Part shown: one piece after another, positions 62,822 to 64,000 of the stretch
How positions within the stretch are numbered: position 1 is the first letter of the stretch
Layout: every line of letters begins with the position of its first letter
Assembly: GCA_047602425.1 (NCBI GenBank)
Contig: JASGHG010000001.1
Coordinates: 832,001 to 896,000, forward strand
DNA from: Nibricoccus sp.
GTDB taxonomy: Bacteria > Verrucomicrobiota > Verrucomicrobiia > Opitutales > Opitutaceae
Length of the DNA stretch: 64,000 bases
Direction of reading: 5' to 3'
Position numbers and translations under genes: made by a program
The notes under the pieces: model-generated
What the model was told of the DNA's origin: nothing
Databases searched by the model: none
What the model saw: the letters and a program-made list of their open reading frames with translations, nothing else

Positions 62822-63529
62822 GTGAAGGCGAACCAACTACCTGTGGCAATCCTGGCGGGCGGCCTCGCCACCCGGCTCCGTCCGATTACGGAAAAAATCC
62901 CCAAGCTGCTCGTCGAGGTCGCAGGGGAACCTTTCTTCTCCCACCAAATCCGACTGCTTAAAAACGCCGGCCTCACCCATTTGGTGCTTTGCATCGGTTA
63001 CTTAGGCGAACGCATTGTCGAACAGTATGGCGACGGTTCGAAGTGGGGAATCAAGATCGAATACTCCTTCGACGGCCCAACTCTCCTCGGCACGGGCGGC
63101 GCGCTGATCAAGGCACTGCCTTTGCTCGGAAAGGCTTTCTACGTGCTTTATGGCGACAGCTACCTGCCTATTGATTATTACTCCGCAGGCCAGGCCTTTC
63201 GCAGCTCCGGCAAGAACGGTCTCATGACCGTTTTCGAAAACCACGGACGCTATGATACGAGCAACGTCTGGTTTGAAAACGGCGCAATAAAACTCTACGA
63301 CAAGAAAAACAAAGTGCCTCAAATGCACTATATCGATTATGGCTTGGGGCTGCTGCGAGCTGCGGCGCTCTCAACCTATCCTCGCGACGCGGTCGTGGAC
63401 CTTGCCGACGTTTACCGCGATCTTGTTTCCAACAACCAACTCGCTGGCTACGAAGTCAAAAACCGTTTCTACGAAATCGGTTCCCACGCAGGCCTCAACG
63501 AACTCGACGCTCTCCTGCGTAAACAATAA
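62822..63529 (+). CDS. Sugar-phosphate nucleotidyltransferase (HddC-like)
   Basis: ILAGGLATRL...PKLLVEV, LGTGGAL, VLYGDSY. Confidence 0.88.
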   Translation: MKANQLPVAILAGGLATRLRPITEKIPKLLVEVAGEPFFSHQIRLLKNAGLTHLVLCIGYLGERIVEQYGDGSKWGIKIEYSFDGPTLLGTGGALIKALPLLGKAFYVLYGDSYLPIDYYSAGQAFRSSGKNGLMTVFENHGRYDTSNVWFENGAIKLYDKKNKVPQMHYIDYGLGLLRAAALSTYPRDAVVDLADVYRDLVSNNQLAGYEVKNRFYEIGSHAGLNELDALLRKQ

Positions 63530-63549
63530 GTTCAGCATCACTCTCTGCC

Positions 63550-64000
63550 ATGTCCTACTCCGTCCAACACCTGCGCGAAACGTCCGAGATCATCTCACGT
63601 CTCAACCCCGAGGACTCTGAAAAATGCGTCCGCGAACTTGTCGCCCTTCGTCAACGCGGCGGCCGCTTGTTTATCCTCGGCGTCGGCGGCAGTGCGGCCA
63701 ATGCCTCCCACGCTGTGAACGACTTTCGCAAGATCGCTGGCCTTGAAGCCTACGCGCCGACCGACAACGTTTCTGAACTGACCGCCAGAACCAACGACGA
63801 GGGTTGGGCCAGCGTGTTTGTCGAGTGGCTCCGCGGCTCGCGGCTCAATGCCAACGATGCCCTACTCGTGCTTTCGGTCGGTGGCGGCAACCTGGAGAAA
63901 AACGTTTCGCCCAATCTCGTTTCCGCCCTCCAGTTCGCCCGCGAAATTGGCGCGCGCGTGCTCGGCATCGTCGGAAAGGATGGAGGTTTCACCGCCACGG
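63550..64000 (+). CDS. gmhA: SIS-domain phosphoheptose isomerase (GmhA-like), runs off the right edge
   Basis: Manual translation MSYSVQHL...LFILGVGGSAANASHAVNDFRK...TARTNDEG...LSVGGG...GKDGG. Confidence 0.82.
   Translation, partial: MSYSVQHLRETSEIISRLNPEDSEKCVRELVALRQRGGRLFILGVGGSAANASHAVNDFRKIAGLEAYAPTDNVSELTARTNDEGWASVFVEWLRGSRLNANDALLVLSVGGGNLEKNVSPNLVSALQFAREIGARVLGIVGKDGGFTAT

Overview
GC-rich bacterial chromosomal window. The gene content (ECF sigma factors with long C-terminal extensions, Ser-linker secreted proteins, HDOD, CheX) suggests Verrucomicrobia/Opitutaceae, which is an inference. Ordinary genes include a general-stress cluster (Zn-ADH, SRPBCC, DUF6766-like), tRNA-Asp, glycosyltransferases and a WcaF-like acetyltransferase, tatC, ppdK, two MCPs with cheW, secreted Ser-linker proteins, an MFS transporter, cardiolipin synthase, hydrolases and the start of a GDP-heptose operon (hddA-hddC-gmhA). 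The accessory segment at about 11.7-20.5 kb is the most interesting part. It holds (i) a lower-GC two-gene cassette, wHTH-like+TIR followed by a wHTH-like protein, a candidate undescribed anti-phage system; (ii) a REP-associated tyrosine transposase enclosed by ~150-bp direct repeats built from its REPs; (iii) a TA-flanked MITE carrying a REP doublet; (iv) a 21-bp heptad-coding array; (v) duplicated gene remnants; and (vi) an LRR gene bracketed by ~80-bp REP-containing direct repeats. A 3 x ~119-bp tandem array lies between tatC and ppdK. Several distinct GTAG/GTGG REP families are scattered through the window. No CRISPR array or rRNA was seen. Family assignments come from motif recognition by eye, not from database searches.
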